Below, in pieces: positions 12,682 to 26,000 of a stretch of DNA of 64,000 bases. A model generated the notes under the pieces. The model worked only from the letters and a program-made list of their open reading frames with translations. It had not been told where the DNA came from and did no database searches. Position 1 is the stretch's first letter. Each line of letters begins with the position of its first letter. Origin of the DNA: Malacoraja senta (Eukaryota); assembly GCA_038087875.1 (NCBI GenBank), contig CM075999.1, positions 3,970,001-4,034,000 of the forward strand, in the 5' to 3' direction. The position numbers and the translations under genes were made by a program.

Positions 12682-12889
12682 CTTCCGCGGCAGCAGCAGC
12701 AGCAGCAGCGGCGCCTCGCCTCGCCCCGCCCCGCCCGGCAGCACCAGACCAGCTCCCCGGCTGCCGGCTAATGTGCGGCTCCCACACGGCCAGTCCCGTC
12801 CCGTCCTGTCCCGTCCGCTGCCGCTGCCGCTGCCGCCCCGGACCCGGACCCTCCCCACCCAACATCCTATAGGATCTCTACTCCCCCCC

Positions 12890-13130
12890 CCCCCGCTGAC
12901 CGACAGCTGCTCCGGCCAATCGCCAGACCGTCCCGCCTCCCCCCGCTGACAGACCGGACATCTGACCAATCAGAAGGCGTAGTCTACCCCGTCCCCGCTG
13001 ACGGACGGGAGCTCGGAACCAATCAGGACTCGGAGAGACGTCGGTCCCGCCCCGTCGCCGCCCATTGGCGGAGCCCGCGGCCAATCGGGTCGCGCAGGAT
13101 GATGTCACTGGCGGGGGGGATGGCCAATGG
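12890..13130 (-). promoter_or_regulatory. SoxC proximal promoter: six CCAAT boxes plus GC boxes
   Basis: CCAAT at 12916, 12966, 13019, 13081 and 13124; ATTGG at 13064; CCCGCCTCC at ~12932 and CCCGCCCC at ~13046; 210-450 bp upstream of the ATG. Confidence 0.75.
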
Positions 13131-13393
13131 GAGCGCCGGGGTCAAGTCGGGCCGGACTCGGACACTCGGCCCGTCGCCCGCGGGCTGGCCCGATGCCCAC
13201 GTGCCTCCTCCCTCGGGCACAGAGACACACACCCTCCAGCCGGAACCCAGACAGCTCCTCCAGACCTAGACATCTCCAGCTAGACACAGCCGTCTCCTCC
13301 CTGGACCCAGCTGCCGTCTCTCTGACATCAGCTCCCTGATACAGCCGTCTCTTCCCTAAATCTAGGTTTCTCCTCGAGACTCGGACATCACAA

Positions 13394-13605
13394 ATGCTGG
13401 ATCACAAAAAAATGCTGGTCTGCAGAAGGGTCTCGACCCAAAACGTCACCTTGTCCATCAGTCTGAAGAAGGGTTTCGGCCCGAAACGTTGCCTATTTCC
13501 TTCGCTCCATAGATGCTGCTGCACCCGCTGAGTTTCTCCAGCATTTTTGTGTACCTTGTCCATGTTCTCCAGAGATGGTGCCTGACCCGCTGAGTTACTT
13601 TGTGT
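13394..13605 (+). mobile_element. Nested Penelope-like terminal-repeat derivatives
   Basis: Two CTG(A/C)AGAAGGGT...AAACGT cores (~13420 and 13463); first TE upstream of the SoxC promoter. Confidence 0.65.
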
Positions 13606-14349
13606 TATTTGCTCTCTACATCCAGACACAACCTCTTAGACACAACTGTCTCCCGCCCCCCACCCCCAGAAAAAACCCAGACAATCTCTTCCTTAAACCT
13701 AGACATCAGTTCCTAAACCCAGTCATCACCTCTACTGACATCTTCAGCCAAGATTGCTGGAATTGTGAATGTTGAGGAAGAATTTCAAGGTATGTGACAC
13801 GATATAGATCAGCAACAGAAACGTGTGGAGAAATGGCAGATGGGGTTTAAATGGGGAAGGGAAGGCAGTCAACACACATCTTCGGACAGATCCAGCGCAG
13901 AGAGACAATTTCCTCAGACTCGACCAGTGAGGGTGGGACGGATGCCCAAGGACACTGCAATTTCTGAAGCGGTTACATTTATATTAGACTCCAATACACT
14001 CTGCCCTCTTGATCAAACCCGGAGTTGTCAAGGTCTACACTCTCGAATTCCCTCCCTAAACCCTGACAATAAACTAAACTAAACTGTCCTTTCTCCTTTC
14101 AGAGACTGCCCGTGATTTGAGCTATCTCGTCTGAGGTAGTTGACTGAGAGGTTTTATTTATTGAACAGTTCAGCCTGTGCTGCCACATTAATGGCACCCC
14201 ACAAGCCTTGTTCTTGTTAGGTCACGTGGCAGTGTTTGTGACATTGGGCTAAGTCCTTTCCGATGACGTGCAGAGTTTATAAGGAAGAATCAATTTGAAT
14301 GATACAGGAGTTAGATCAGTTATGACACTGAAACCTCGAGTAATGAATG

Positions 14350-14690
14350 ATCTGGCCACTCCCTCTTCTCCCCTCACCCAAATGGGCAAAAGATTCAGAA
14401 ACGTGAAAACTCACACCTCCAGATTCGGGGACAGTTTCTTCCCAGCTGTTATCAGGCAACTAGAGGGCAGTGCTGAACTACTACGGTATCTACCTAATTG
14501 GTGACCCTCAGACTATCTTTGATCGGCCTTTGCTGGCTTTACCTTGCACTAAACGTTATTCCCTTATCATGTATCTGTACACTATTAAAAATGGCTCGAT
14601 TGTAATCATGTATTGTCTTTCCGCTGACTGGTTAACACGCAACAAAAGCTTTTCACTGTACCTCGGTACACGTGACATTAAACTAAATTG
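14350..14690 (+). mobile_element. Rex1/Babar-type LINE 3' fragment
   Basis: GKRFRNVKTHTSRFGDSFFPAVIRQL and the same 3' UTR as 258-642. Confidence 0.8.
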
Positions 14691-15865
14691 AAACGGAACT
14701 GAATCATTTCTGTACCAGAGTTTATCCTTCTAACCTTTGAGAATTGAGAGAGAGTTAGATTTAGCTCTTAGGGCTAAGGGAATCAAGGGATTATGGGGAG
14801 AAAGCAGGAACGGGGTACTGATTTTGGATGATCAGCCATGATCATATTGAATGGTAATACTGGCTCGAAGGGCCGAATGACCTACTCCTGCGCCTATTTT
14901 CTATGTTTCTATGTAATTATTGTGTGGACTGTTCATTTTTCTTGAGATCTGAAGCAAAATTAGACTGAAAAAGCTGTGAATGTTTCAGCCAGGATCTTAC
15001 ATGTGCCATGAACGTAAGAAAATCTGTTCCTGATCTCAGTCTATGAAGCGTATTAGCACATATACTTGAGAGCATAAATGGGAGCTTCTCAGGGAGAATT
15101 AACTAACATTTGTTAAACTAATATGGACTAAGATATCAAGCTTTAGGAAAGTGCTGATTTCAAGCTATCCGCTTCTCCAGAGCTTCATATTGGCTTCGGG
15201 GAAACGCAATGTCAATTTAGTGAATCACCTGGCTTGCAGTTCTCTGATTGGCTTCTGATTTATGATGCATAATGTAGAAAAATAAATGTAGAGTATGGGA
15301 GCGATATCATTTATTAATAATTGAATAGACAGATGGATTTTTGTGGAACGTGCTACTTAGTAATTAGATTCTCCCGTTGCTCTCAACAGGAGGGACCTTT
15401 ATGGTTTATTCAAGAATGGATCAATTTTAATATTCCCAAATATTTCACCAACCAATCTCTCTCCCTGCTTTCTCACCACCGAGGAATGTCTGCTCAGAAC
15501 CAAACTCTAGTCACTGGAGCTGCCAGAGGAGGTAGTTGAGGCAGGGACTATTGCAACATGTAAGAAACCTTCAGATAGAAACATGGATAGGAAGGGTTTA
15601 GAGGGATTTGGGACAAATGCAGGCAGGTGGGACTAGTGTAGATGGGACACGTTGGTCAGTGTGGGCAAGTTGGGCTGAAGGGTCTGTTTCCCCGCTGTAT
15701 CACTCTGTGACTCTGTCCATCTAAGTTAAATGTAATCTTCACTCAATGCCTGTCTTCGGTTTGAAGATTCCTTGTCCATTGGCTTCAGAGTCTCATTGGA
15801 TGGAGGAATGCTCTTTTCCTGAAAGGTAATTGGCGAAATCCACAGGAGTTTGATCAGACAAAATG

Positions 15866-16200
15866 TTTAGTTTAGTTTAGTTCATTGTCACATGGACTGA
15901 GGTACAGTGAAAAGCTTTTGTGTGTTATCCAGTCAGTGGGAAGACTATACATGATTACAATCGATTTGTTGACAGTGTACAGATACTGTATAAAGGGAAT
16001 AATGTTTGGTACAATAAAGTGTAATTAAAGATAGTCTGAGGGTCTCCAATGAGGTAGATGGGAGGTCAGGGCCATTATTTAGTTAGTGAAAGGGTGCTTC
16101 AGTTGCCTGATAACAGCTGGGAAGAAACTGTCACTGAATCTGGAGGTGTGCGTTTTCATGCTTCTGTACCTCTTGCCCGATGGGAGATGGGAGAAGAGGG
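15866..16200 (-). mobile_element. Rex1/Babar-type LINE 3' fragment
   Basis: Same family as 258-642. Confidence 0.75.
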
Positions 16201-17309
16201 AGTAAGAAGTTCAGTAGTGACAGTGGCTGGGTGGGGTCATGAGCAAAGACTAAGACTGGCCAAACTCATGAAAGTTGAGAAGAATGAGAGATGATCTTGC
16301 AGAGACCTGCAAGTCTCTGAGAGAGCCTGATTGCGTGGATGATGGGGGTTGACAGGGCTTGATCGTTTGATAGGGTGGTAGATCTTATGGAGACATGCAA
16401 AGATTCTGAGACGGCTTGATAGGTGGATACTGAGAGATTGTTGGTGTAGACTGGCTAATCCTGAAGCATTGGTTAAGGGTTTTGAAGGGAGGAAATGTGT
16501 GTAGCCACAGGGCTGCAATGTTCAATGGTTCATTGGTGTCACGTACACACCGCACGGTGAAATCCTTGCACCCGTGGACCTCAGCCGGCTGAGATGCTCA
16601 GTTGTTGAGTATATTCAAGGCGGAGATTGGTGGATTTTTTTACGCCAATAAGACAGATGGGAATTGGGAGCAAAGTGGATGAAACACAGGATCAGCCGTG
16701 TTGTAAAACATAAACGACCGGGTCTGGCAGCATCTGTAGAGGGAAATGGTCTGAAATGTTTCGGATCAGGGCCCTTCTTCAGTCTGGGTCCCAGCCCGAA
16801 ACATTGGCTGTTACTCTAGCACGTTGTGTTCTACATCGTCTGAATCTGAATAAGGGTCCTGATCCAAAACGGCATTTGTCCATTCCCTCCACAGATGCTG
16901 CCTGACGCGCTGAGTTCTTCCAGCACTTGTTTTTTTAATTAAGATTCCAGCATCTGCAGTTCATTGTGTCTCCATCATCCTTGTTCTTATTGGAAGCAGC
17001 AAGCTCCAGGGCCATCTGCCAATGAGCCATGGTGCTTATTAAGAGCTTCCTGGTACAACATATGGCAAATGAGCGGATCCGGAGGTCATTGAGAGGCTGA
17101 GATAAGTTGGCCATTTGACAATTTCTGACAAATGTCCACCTTTTGCTGCTCAGCCTAATGCACGGGACATATGATAATCATCGTTGAAATTGTGTTGGTA
17201 ATTGAACACACCTTTTCATGAGGGAAGCAAAGGAAGAGGGGGACATGGCCAGGGAAGAAAAATGTAAGCTATTTCAAGAGACTTATGTACTGGCAACAGA
17301 ACAATGATA

Positions 17310-17683
17310 TTATAGACAATAGACAATAGGTGCAGGAATAGGCCATTCGGCCCTTCGAGCCAGCACCGCCATTCAACGTGATCATGGCTGATCATCCCCA
17401 ATCAGTACCCCGTTCCTGCCTTCTCCCCATATCCCCTGACTCCACTATCTTTAAGAGCCCTATCTAGCTCTCTCTTGAAAGTATCCAGAGAACCGGCCTC
17501 TTTGGCAGAGAATTCCACAGACTCACAACTCTCTGTGTGAAAAAGTGTTTCCTCGTCTCCGTTCTAAATGGCTTACCCTTTATTCTTAAACTGTGGCCCC
17601 TGGTTCTGGACTCCCCCAACATCGGGAACATGTTTCCTGCCTCTTGCGTGTCCAAACCCTTAATAATCTTATATGTTTCAATA
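17310..17683 (-). mobile_element. CR1 LINE 3' fragment
   Basis: SRTRGHSLRIKG...FFTQRVVSLWNSLP (CR1 ORF2 C-terminus) and 3' UTR hairpin GGCCGAATGGCC. Confidence 0.85.
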
Positions 17684-19101
17684 TCATCCTTTTAACTTGC
17701 TGCAGCTTAATAGACCCAGTACCGTAATAACACACAGATAAATACACAATAATCAATAATTCCATAAATTAGGAATCAGTAATAGTAGGTAACCATACCA
17801 TCATATGGCAAATGTGAAGTCTGAAGTGCAACCAAAATAAAGTCCATTGAAGATCACAGTTGCTGAAGTTAGTGTTGTGCAGTGTTCAAGAGCCTGATGG
17901 TTGCTGGGAACCATTAGGTTTATTATTGTCACATGTACTGAGGTACAGGTGACAGCTTTGTTATGTATGCTATCCAATCAGATCACATAATGTTGTACAT
18001 AAATACATCAAGTCAAACTCCAGTACAATAGGCAGAGCAAAGGGGAAGATACAGAGTGCAGAATATAGTTCTCAGCATTGTATGGTTCTCAGTTCCAGAG
18101 ACAAAGTCCAATGTCCGCAATGGGGTAGAGGTGAATCAGACAGTACCCTGGCTTATGGAAGGACTGTTCAGAAGCCTGATAACAGAGGGGAAGAAGCTGT
18201 TCCTGAGTCTGGTGGTGCGGGCTTTGAAGCTTCTGTACCTTCAGCCTGAAGGAATGGATGGAATGGACTAGTCTTCAATTCAGTTGGCTACTTTTCCGAG
18301 GCATGAACCTGGATGTCATGGTTCTCAGGCTCATGTACCTTCTTCCCGATTGTGGTATGACATAAACGAGGATGCCCTCAATAGCTGGTTGGACTTGAGA
18401 ATTGTTTGGGAGAGTTGGTAGGATTATTGAGGTGGGGGTTAGGGTTAGGTTGTGGTTGGCTGGTCCATTCACCCGGGGCTGTACCTAATTGGTGGGAAGA
18501 AAGGCAACACTTCGCAGAGTTTTTCCTCTCCGCTGCTTTCACTGATATGGCACTCCTCCATTCAATTATCTTTTTATTGTATTTTGTTTAATTACAGGCT
18601 GCCCCAGAGGGAAGGAGAAACATAATTTCAGTTGTACACATCAACCACATAATCATACTGTTCTGTTGGATGTGTGCCACTGTTTAACGTCTTCATAACC
18701 ATCCTATTAAACTCACCACAGCCCGTGCTTATAACACAATGAAGATTAAAATTAAAGACAATTATTTGACTGAGTGTGTGACATGCATTACAAGCTGTTC
18801 TATTTCTCATATTGATGCAAATATTGCTGTTCTATTTCTGATATTGATGCAAATATTCCTTGCAGTTTAGTGTATTCTGTTGTGCAATGTTGGTACCAAA
18901 CTCCGGAGATGTGTTCAACGCTTCCTCCGAATAAAGAGAGGTTTTACTTGTCCTGAGCTGATGTTCATGTTTAGCTCAAAAAATTACTGCCTGGAACAAT
19001 GTGAGTGTTGATTACATTGCATGGCTGGGGGAGGGGGATTAAGGAACATAGATTTTCAATGTAGCCTTAAATCTGGATCGCTGATTCCAACTTTCCAATG
19101 G

Positions 19102-19635
19102 GTGTCAGAGGTTATAGGGAGAAGGCAGGAGAGTGGGGTTAAGAGGGAGAGATAGATCAGATGATTGAATGGCGGAGTAGACTTGATGGGACGAATGGCC
19201 TATTCGGCCCTTCGAGCCAGCACCGCCATTCAATGTGATCATGGCTGATCATCCACAATCATTACCCCATTCCTGCCTTCTCCCCATATCCCTTAACTCC
19301 GCTATCCCTAAGAGCGCTATCTAACTCTCTCTTGAAAGCATCCAGAGAACCATCCTCCACCGCCCTCTGAGGCAGAGAATTCCACAGACTCACAACTCTC
19401 TGTGTGAAACAGTATTTCCTCATCTCCGTTCTAAATGGCTTACAACCTATTCTTAAACTATGGCCCCTGGTTCTGGACTCCCCCAACATCGGGAACATGT
19501 TTCCTGCCTCTAGCGTGTCCAACCCTTACTAATCTTATATGTTTCAATAAGATCCTCTCTCATCCTTCTAAATTCCAGAGTATACAAGTCCAGCCGCTCT
19601 AATCTATCAAAATATGACAGTCCCACCATCCCGGC
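19102..19635. mobile_element. Two CR1 3' fragments joined tail-to-tail
   Basis: + strand CR1 tail 19102-19200, then minus-strand CR1 ORF2 C-terminus 19203-19635. Confidence 0.75.
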
Positions 19636-19659
19636 AAGAATATCCTTCCTCAAGCTTGA

Positions 19660-20050
19660 AGTAAATGAATGAAAGGTATGATAAAAAGCAATGATGATCA
19701 AGGAAATGTGGAGCCCACAATGGTCCCTTGTTGGTTGTTGAGAATTCTTCAAGATGACAGTGAAACTAGTATGATGATTGGGGTGGGGGAGGGGCAGAGA
19801 CAGGGGGAATGTCAGGGTTACTTGAAGTTAGAGAAATCAATGTACCGCTGGGGTGTAAGCTGCCCAAGCGAAATATGAGGTGCTGTTCCTCCAATTTGTG
19901 TTTGGCCTCACTCTGACATTGGAGGAGGCCCAGGACAGAAAGGGCAGCGTGGGAATAGGCAAACCCCACACAGACAGCGCCCAAGCTCAGGATCGAACCG
20001 GGGTCTCTGGTGCTGTGAGGCAGCGGCTTTACCCACTGCACCACTGTACT
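19660..20050 (-). mobile_element. Penelope-like GIY-YIG C-terminal fragment abutting a V-SINE head
   Basis: LSVLGLLQCQSEAKHKLEEQHLIFRLGSLHP, followed by a SINE tRNA head at ~19960-20050. Confidence 0.7.
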
Positions 20051-21239
20051 GCCTGTGTGTTGTGTTGTAGTCTGCTCGTGAATGAGGGCTCCTCTGCCAC
20101 GGTTTGGACCTATTCAGCTCTGACTGCACCCTTCCTAACATGCTAAAAAACTTCCCAAATCACACACAAGTACGTAAAAGGAAATGAGGAGTTGACAGGC
20201 TGTGCTGCTGAAGGATAATTAAAACACATACTTCATCTGCGCACGTTAGCACAATGGTTCCTTCATGACTGGGCTGTGGAGGCATTTCCCCAGTACACAA
20301 CTCCACAGCATTCAGCCTGTTGTTCTGTTTATTCCCTGAGCTTTTCTGTTGGAGGATTCAGCGCTGAGAACACTGAACGCTACCTTAAAGGCAAAAGACA
20401 GTGGAGAGGGGGAATTAGCGCCAGTGAATGCAGGAGAAATGAAAATGAGGATCAGGCTGTGATGGGGAGTGACATGGGGAGAATTTCCTCGCTGAGGATG
20501 ACGGGAGAATCGACGAGGCCTTCAATAGAATCATTACACACTCCGAATGGATGCAAAATACAGTTTGCAAGGTCAAGCAACCACAAAAGAAGAAGAAAAG
20601 TCAAAATGTGTTTAACAATCAATGAACGGGCACAAAAAAACAAGCAGACAAAGGGACTGGAAGCTGCATGGAATATTAATTCAGGATTTGTTTTGTGCAA
20701 AGTTTAATTTTATTCTGGTGAATCTCATCACCGCTCACAGGAGAAATAATAAGCACGAAACAAAAGAAATCTAGACACACCATGGAAAATATAATTTGGA
20801 AAAACTTGAATATGGAATAAGGTAGGAACACAAATCAGATATTCAAGGAGGATGAGAGATGAGAAAAGCAGAAGAGGTTAAAGGGACAAGAAGTCCGTGC
20901 ACACAGATCACACATTGTGGAAGCAACATCCAGTCACCGTGAAAGTGGTGAAAGGGCAGTCCTCTCATGAAGAAGGGTCTCCACCTGAAACGCCACCTAT
21001 CCATGTTCTCCACAGATGCTGCCTGACCCGCTGAGTTACTCCAGCACTCTGTGAAACGTCACCTATCCATGTTCTCCACAGATGCTGCCTGACCCACTGA
21101 GTTACTCCAGCACTCTGTGTCTATCCACTAGTGACCATCCAGCAGTGAGTGAATAAATCTCTGGCACATTCCATATACAACTGCCCTCTGTTCACTGACA
21201 ATAACCAGATAATTTGTTTACAATAAATTCACATTGGTT

Positions 21240-21500
21240 GAGTTTACTTTAGAGAAACAGCAGGTTATTTGGCCCACTGCGTCGCGCCGACCAGCAATCC
21301 TCCTACACCAGCACTATCCTATACACTAAGGACAATTTACAATTTTACCGGTCAAACTTACAAACTTCCAAACCTACACGTCTTTGGAGTGTGGGAGGAA
21401 ATCGGACCCCGGGAGAAAACCCACGCAGGTCACGGGGAGAACGCACAAACTGCTTACAGACAGCACCCATAATCAGGATGGAAAACGGGTCTCGGGTGAC
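21240..21500 (-). mobile_element. V-SINE/HE1-type SINE
   Basis: V-domain and CR1-like tail on minus. Confidence 0.75.
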
Positions 21501-22044
21501 ATAAAGTCCGTTTAAAAAAAAAATTTGAAAGGCTGAAGGATATAGATTTCCCTGCAACGGGACGGCGTGGATTTGAGGCTGTGGTTATTGTACAGGAACC
21601 ACACGTGATGTTGGCTCATGTTGGTTCATGCTTATGTTCACAGTAACTGAATCACATGGGCATCCTTCCTCTCTGTGCCATGGACAAAGTTACACGCAGT
21701 ATTGGAAAATAAAGCATTTTGACATGGATTTGAAAGTTAGGATCTACGCACAATTAGATGTGGTCCCTGGAGATCAAGATGTCGGAATCGGATCTGGTGA
21801 ATAAGTTGATGAAATAAATGTAACAAAGGGATGTTTTATCGACCCGCTGAAGCAGGTTATGTACAACAATGCCTGTCCAATTCCCCTCCAGTGTTACTGT
21901 GATGCGGTTGTGTGAACTAAGGGACAATCTTGTATAATAAAACTACCCTTGCATTATCATTTGTCAAAAGTGGGTTTATAACTGAAACGGAACCATTTAC
22001 CCATATTAAGCAACTGGATAATTCTTCGCACACTGATCGGCGCT

Positions 22045-22093
22045 GGACAAAGACTGGCCTTCCTCCTTTGAGGCCTCTTTCGCTGCCCAGTGA

Positions 22094-22126
<33 letters not shown>

Positions 22127-22262
22127 ACATAGGCCCTTTATTCAGCACCTCTGCTCCTTTACTCAAGTACATGAGGTAGCTACCGAACGGGATTTAACCC
22201 CGAGAACGGTAGCAGTCAGGAGTGGAATGAAATGTGCAAAACAGCTACTACTCACATCAGAA
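22045..22262 (+). repeat. Left arm of a ~200 bp inverted duplication (partner 29062-29251)
   Basis: Reverse complement aligns by eye over the whole length, apart from (TG)n length and a 7 bp indel. Confidence 0.85.
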
Positions 22263-23030
22263 GATTAACATTAATGCATTCAAATTGGTGGGATTGGCTT
22301 TGAAAGGTTGGATGATAAATCCGATCGTAAACCATTGCATTTTGAGTCACCGCACTATTGATTTTAAGCTGCAGGTTGGCCGTTGTGGCTTGTGTGGGTC
22401 CCTGGCCTTCCGTTAGTGCCGTGTGCTTACACGCGGAGATTCCCAGAACCCAGACACCCTCTGTGCAAATACACACTGCGTGTCTGGAAACTTTCACTTA
22501 AGATTATTTTGGTGAAAAGAATCCTCACCTAAAATTCACGGATCAGGCTTGGGTCCGTACTACGTTAAAGGGAACAGACCTATCTAGACTGATTCTAATG
22601 TGTTGAAAGGAACTGCAGATGCGGTTTGCACCGAAGATAGACACAAAATGCTGGAGTAACTCAGCGGGGCAGGCAGCATCTCTGGGGAAAAGGGAATAGG
22701 TGACGTTTCAAACTGTCCCCCGAAATGGTCCGGGAAGTCACTTAGTTCAAGGGAATTAAGGAAGGGTAATGCATACAGGCGGGGCCGGTAACACCCACAC
22801 CTTGAACAAACTGTGCTGACTACAACACTGGCGTGCCTGCCATGTCAGATCACAACCCCAGGACGTTTTAAGTCTCAACTTGCAAAGTTCTAAGAGGATT
22901 GGGCTTACACTGGAGACAGCAAGACTTGTGCACTCACCATAGAATCACAGAGCATAGAAACAAGCTCCACTTGCTATAGGATCTTTGGGCTCCACAGCCC
23001 AGCTCGTCCATGCCAAGCAAGGTGCCCCTC

Positions 23031-26000
23031 AAATAGAGAAAGCTATTAGACAGTGTGTGAGGCAGGAGGCAGAGAAGGGAAGCACTCAGACCCAACAGGT
23101 AGGGGGGAAAGAACAAAACAATAATAAACAGAGAATAAGAGGTGGTGGGGATCTTAAATGGGCGAGCAGAGAAACAGAGGGGTGTAAAATGCGGGCGGAA
23201 GCAATAGGTAGCAAGGTGAAAAGTAAAAGTGGCAGGCAGACAAATCCAGGACAAAAATCAAAAAGGGCCACTTTTCAACATAATTGTAAAAGGGGTAAGA
23301 GCGTTGTAAAAACAAGCCCGAAGGCTTTGTGTCTCAATGCAAGGAGCATTCGTAATAAGGTGGATGAGTTGAACGTGCAGATAGCTATTAATGATTATGA
23401 TATAGTTGGGATCACGGAGACATGGCTCCAGGGTGACCAAGGCTGGGAGCTGAACATCCAGGGATATTCAATATTCAGGAGGGATAGAGAGAAAGGAAAA
23501 GGAGGTGGGGTAGCGTTGCTAGTTAGAGAGGAGATTAACGCAGTGGAAAGGAAGGACATTAGCTTGGGGGATGTGGAATCGGTATGGGTAGAGCTGCGAA
23601 ACACTAAGGGGCAGAAAACGCTGGTGGGTGTTGTGTACAGGCCACCTAACAGTAGTGAAGTTGGGGATGGCATCAAACAGGAAATTAGAAATGCGTGCAA
23701 CAAAGGCAAAACAGTTATAATGGGTGACTTCAATCTACATATAGATTGGGTGAATCAAATTGGCAGGGGTGCTGAGGAAGAGGATTTCTTGGAATGTATG
23801 CGGGATAGTTATCTAAACCAACATGTAGAGGAACCAACGAGAGAGCAGGCTATTCTGGAGAGGGTATTGAGTAATGAGGAAGGGTTAGTTAGCAGTCTTG
23901 TTGTGCGTGCCCCCTTGGGCAAGAGTGACCATAATATGGTTGAGTTCTTCATTAGGATGGAGAGTGACATTGTTAATTCAGAAACAATGGTTCTGAACTT
24001 AAAGAAAGGTAACTTTGAGGGTATGAGACGTGAATTGGCCAAGATTGACTGGCAATTAGTTCTAAAAGGGTTGATGGTGGATATGCAATGGAAGGCATTT
24101 AAAGACTGCATGGATGAACTACAAAAATTGTTCATCCCAGTTTGGTAAAAGAATAAATCAGGGAAGGTAGTGCATCCATGGATAACAAGGGAAATCAGGG
24201 ATACGCGTACAAATTAGCCAGAAAAGGCAGCATACCAGAGGACTGGGAGAAATTCAGAGACCAGCAGAGGAGGACAAAGGGCTTAATTAGGAAAGGGAAA
24301 ATAGATTATGAAAGAAAACTGGCAGGGAACATAAAATCTGACTGCAAAAGTTTTTATAGATATGTGAAGAGAAAGAGATTAGTTAAAACAAATGTAGGTC
24401 CCTTGCAGTCAGAAACAGGTGAATTGATCATGGGGAACAAGGATATGGCAGACCAATTGAATAACTACTTTTGTTCCGTCTTCACTAAGGAAGACAGAAA
24501 TAATCTGCTGGAAATAGCAGGGGACCGTGGGTCAAAGAAGATGGAGGAACTGAGTGAAATCCAGGTTAGTCGGGAAGTGGTGTTGGGTAAATTGAATGGA
24601 TTAAAGGCCGATAAATCACCAGGGCCAGATAGGCTGCATCCCAGAGTACTTAAGGAAGTAGCTCCAGAAATAGTGGATGGATTAGTGATAATTTTTCAAA
24701 ACTCTTTAGATTCTGGAGTAGTTCCTGAGGATTGGAGGGTAGCAAACATAACCCCACTTTTTAAGAAGGGAGGGAGAGAGAAAACGGGGAATTACAGACC
24801 AGTTAGTCTAACATCGGTAGTGGGGAAACTGCTAGAGTCAGTTATTAAAGATGGGATAGCAGCACATTTGGAAAGTGGTGAAATCATTGGACAAAGTCAG
24901 CATGGATTTACGAAAGGTAAATCATGTCTGACGAATCTTATAGAATTTTTCGAGGATGTAACTAGTAGAGTGGATAGGGGAGAACCAGTGAATGTGTTGT
25001 ATCTGGACTTTCAGAAGGCTTTCGACAAGGTCCCACATAAGAGATTAATATACAAACTTAAAGCACACGGTATTGGGGGTTCAGTATTGATGTGGATAGA
25101 GAACTGGCTGGCAAACAGGAAGCAAAGAGTAGGAGTAAACGGGTCCTTTTCACAATGGCAGGCAGTGACTAGTGGGGTACCGCAAGGCTCAGTGCTGGGA
25201 CCCCAGCTATTTACAATTTATATTAATGAACTGGATGAGGGAATTGAAGGCAACATCTCCAAGTTTGCGGATGACACTAAGCTGGGGAGCAGTGTTAGCT
25301 GTGAGGAGGATGCTAGGAGACTGCAAGGTGACTTGGATAGGCTGGGTGAGTGGGCAAATGTTTGGCAGATGCAGTATAATGTGGATAAATGTGAGGTTAT
25401 CCACTTTGGTGGCAAAAACAGGAAAGCACACTATTATCTAAATGGTGGCTGATTAGGAAAAGGGGAGATGCAGTGAGACCTGGGTGTCATGGTACACCAG
25501 TCATTGAAAGTAGGCATGCAGGTGCAGCAGGCAGTGAAGAAAGCGAATGGTATGTTAGCTTTCATAGCAAAAGGATTTGAGTATAGGAGCAGGGAGGTTC
25601 TACTGCAGTTGTACAGGGTCTTGGTGAGACCACACCTGGAGTATTGCGTACAGTTTTGGTCTCCAAATCTGAGAAAGGACATTATAGCCATAGAGGGAGT
25701 GCAGAGAAGGTTCACCAGACTGATTCCTGGGATGTCAGGACTTTCATATGAGGAAAGACTGGATAGACTTGGCTTATACTCGCTAGAATTTAGGAGATTG
25801 AGAGGGGATCTTATAGAAACTTACAAAATTCTTATGGGGTTGGACAGGCTAGATGCAGGAAGATTGTTCCCGATGTTGGGGAAGTCCAGGACAAGGGGTC
25901 ACAGCTTAAGGATAAGGGGGAAATCCTTTAAGACCGAGATGAGAAAAAACTTTTTCACACAGAGAGTGGTGAATCTCTGGAACTCTCTGCCACAGAGGGT

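Larger units (their letters stand above)
11250..13300. promoter_or_regulatory. CpG island covering the SoxC CDS, 5' UTR and promoter
   Basis: Very GC- and CpG-rich compared with the AT-rich, CpG-poor flanks. Confidence 0.85.

Noticed and set aside
11511..12949. Long + strand ORFs (336, 136 and 155 aa; poly-Pro/poly-Ser) over the Sox gene
   Set aside because: Antisense shadows of a GC-rich CDS and the GGA repeat; no independent motifs.
12682..12969. In-frame N-terminal extension from a TTG start
   Set aside because: Non-ATG start lying inside the CCAAT promoter; MVQQT is the family start.
18794..18857. 32 bp tandem duplication
   Set aside because: Simple two-copy slippage with no further structure.
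20276..20707. 143 aa ORF
   Set aside because: GTG start and no recognisable protein features.
22172..22195. TGAGGTAG let-7-like start
   Set aside because: Only 8 nt match; the rest is unlike let-7 and no precursor hairpin was seen.
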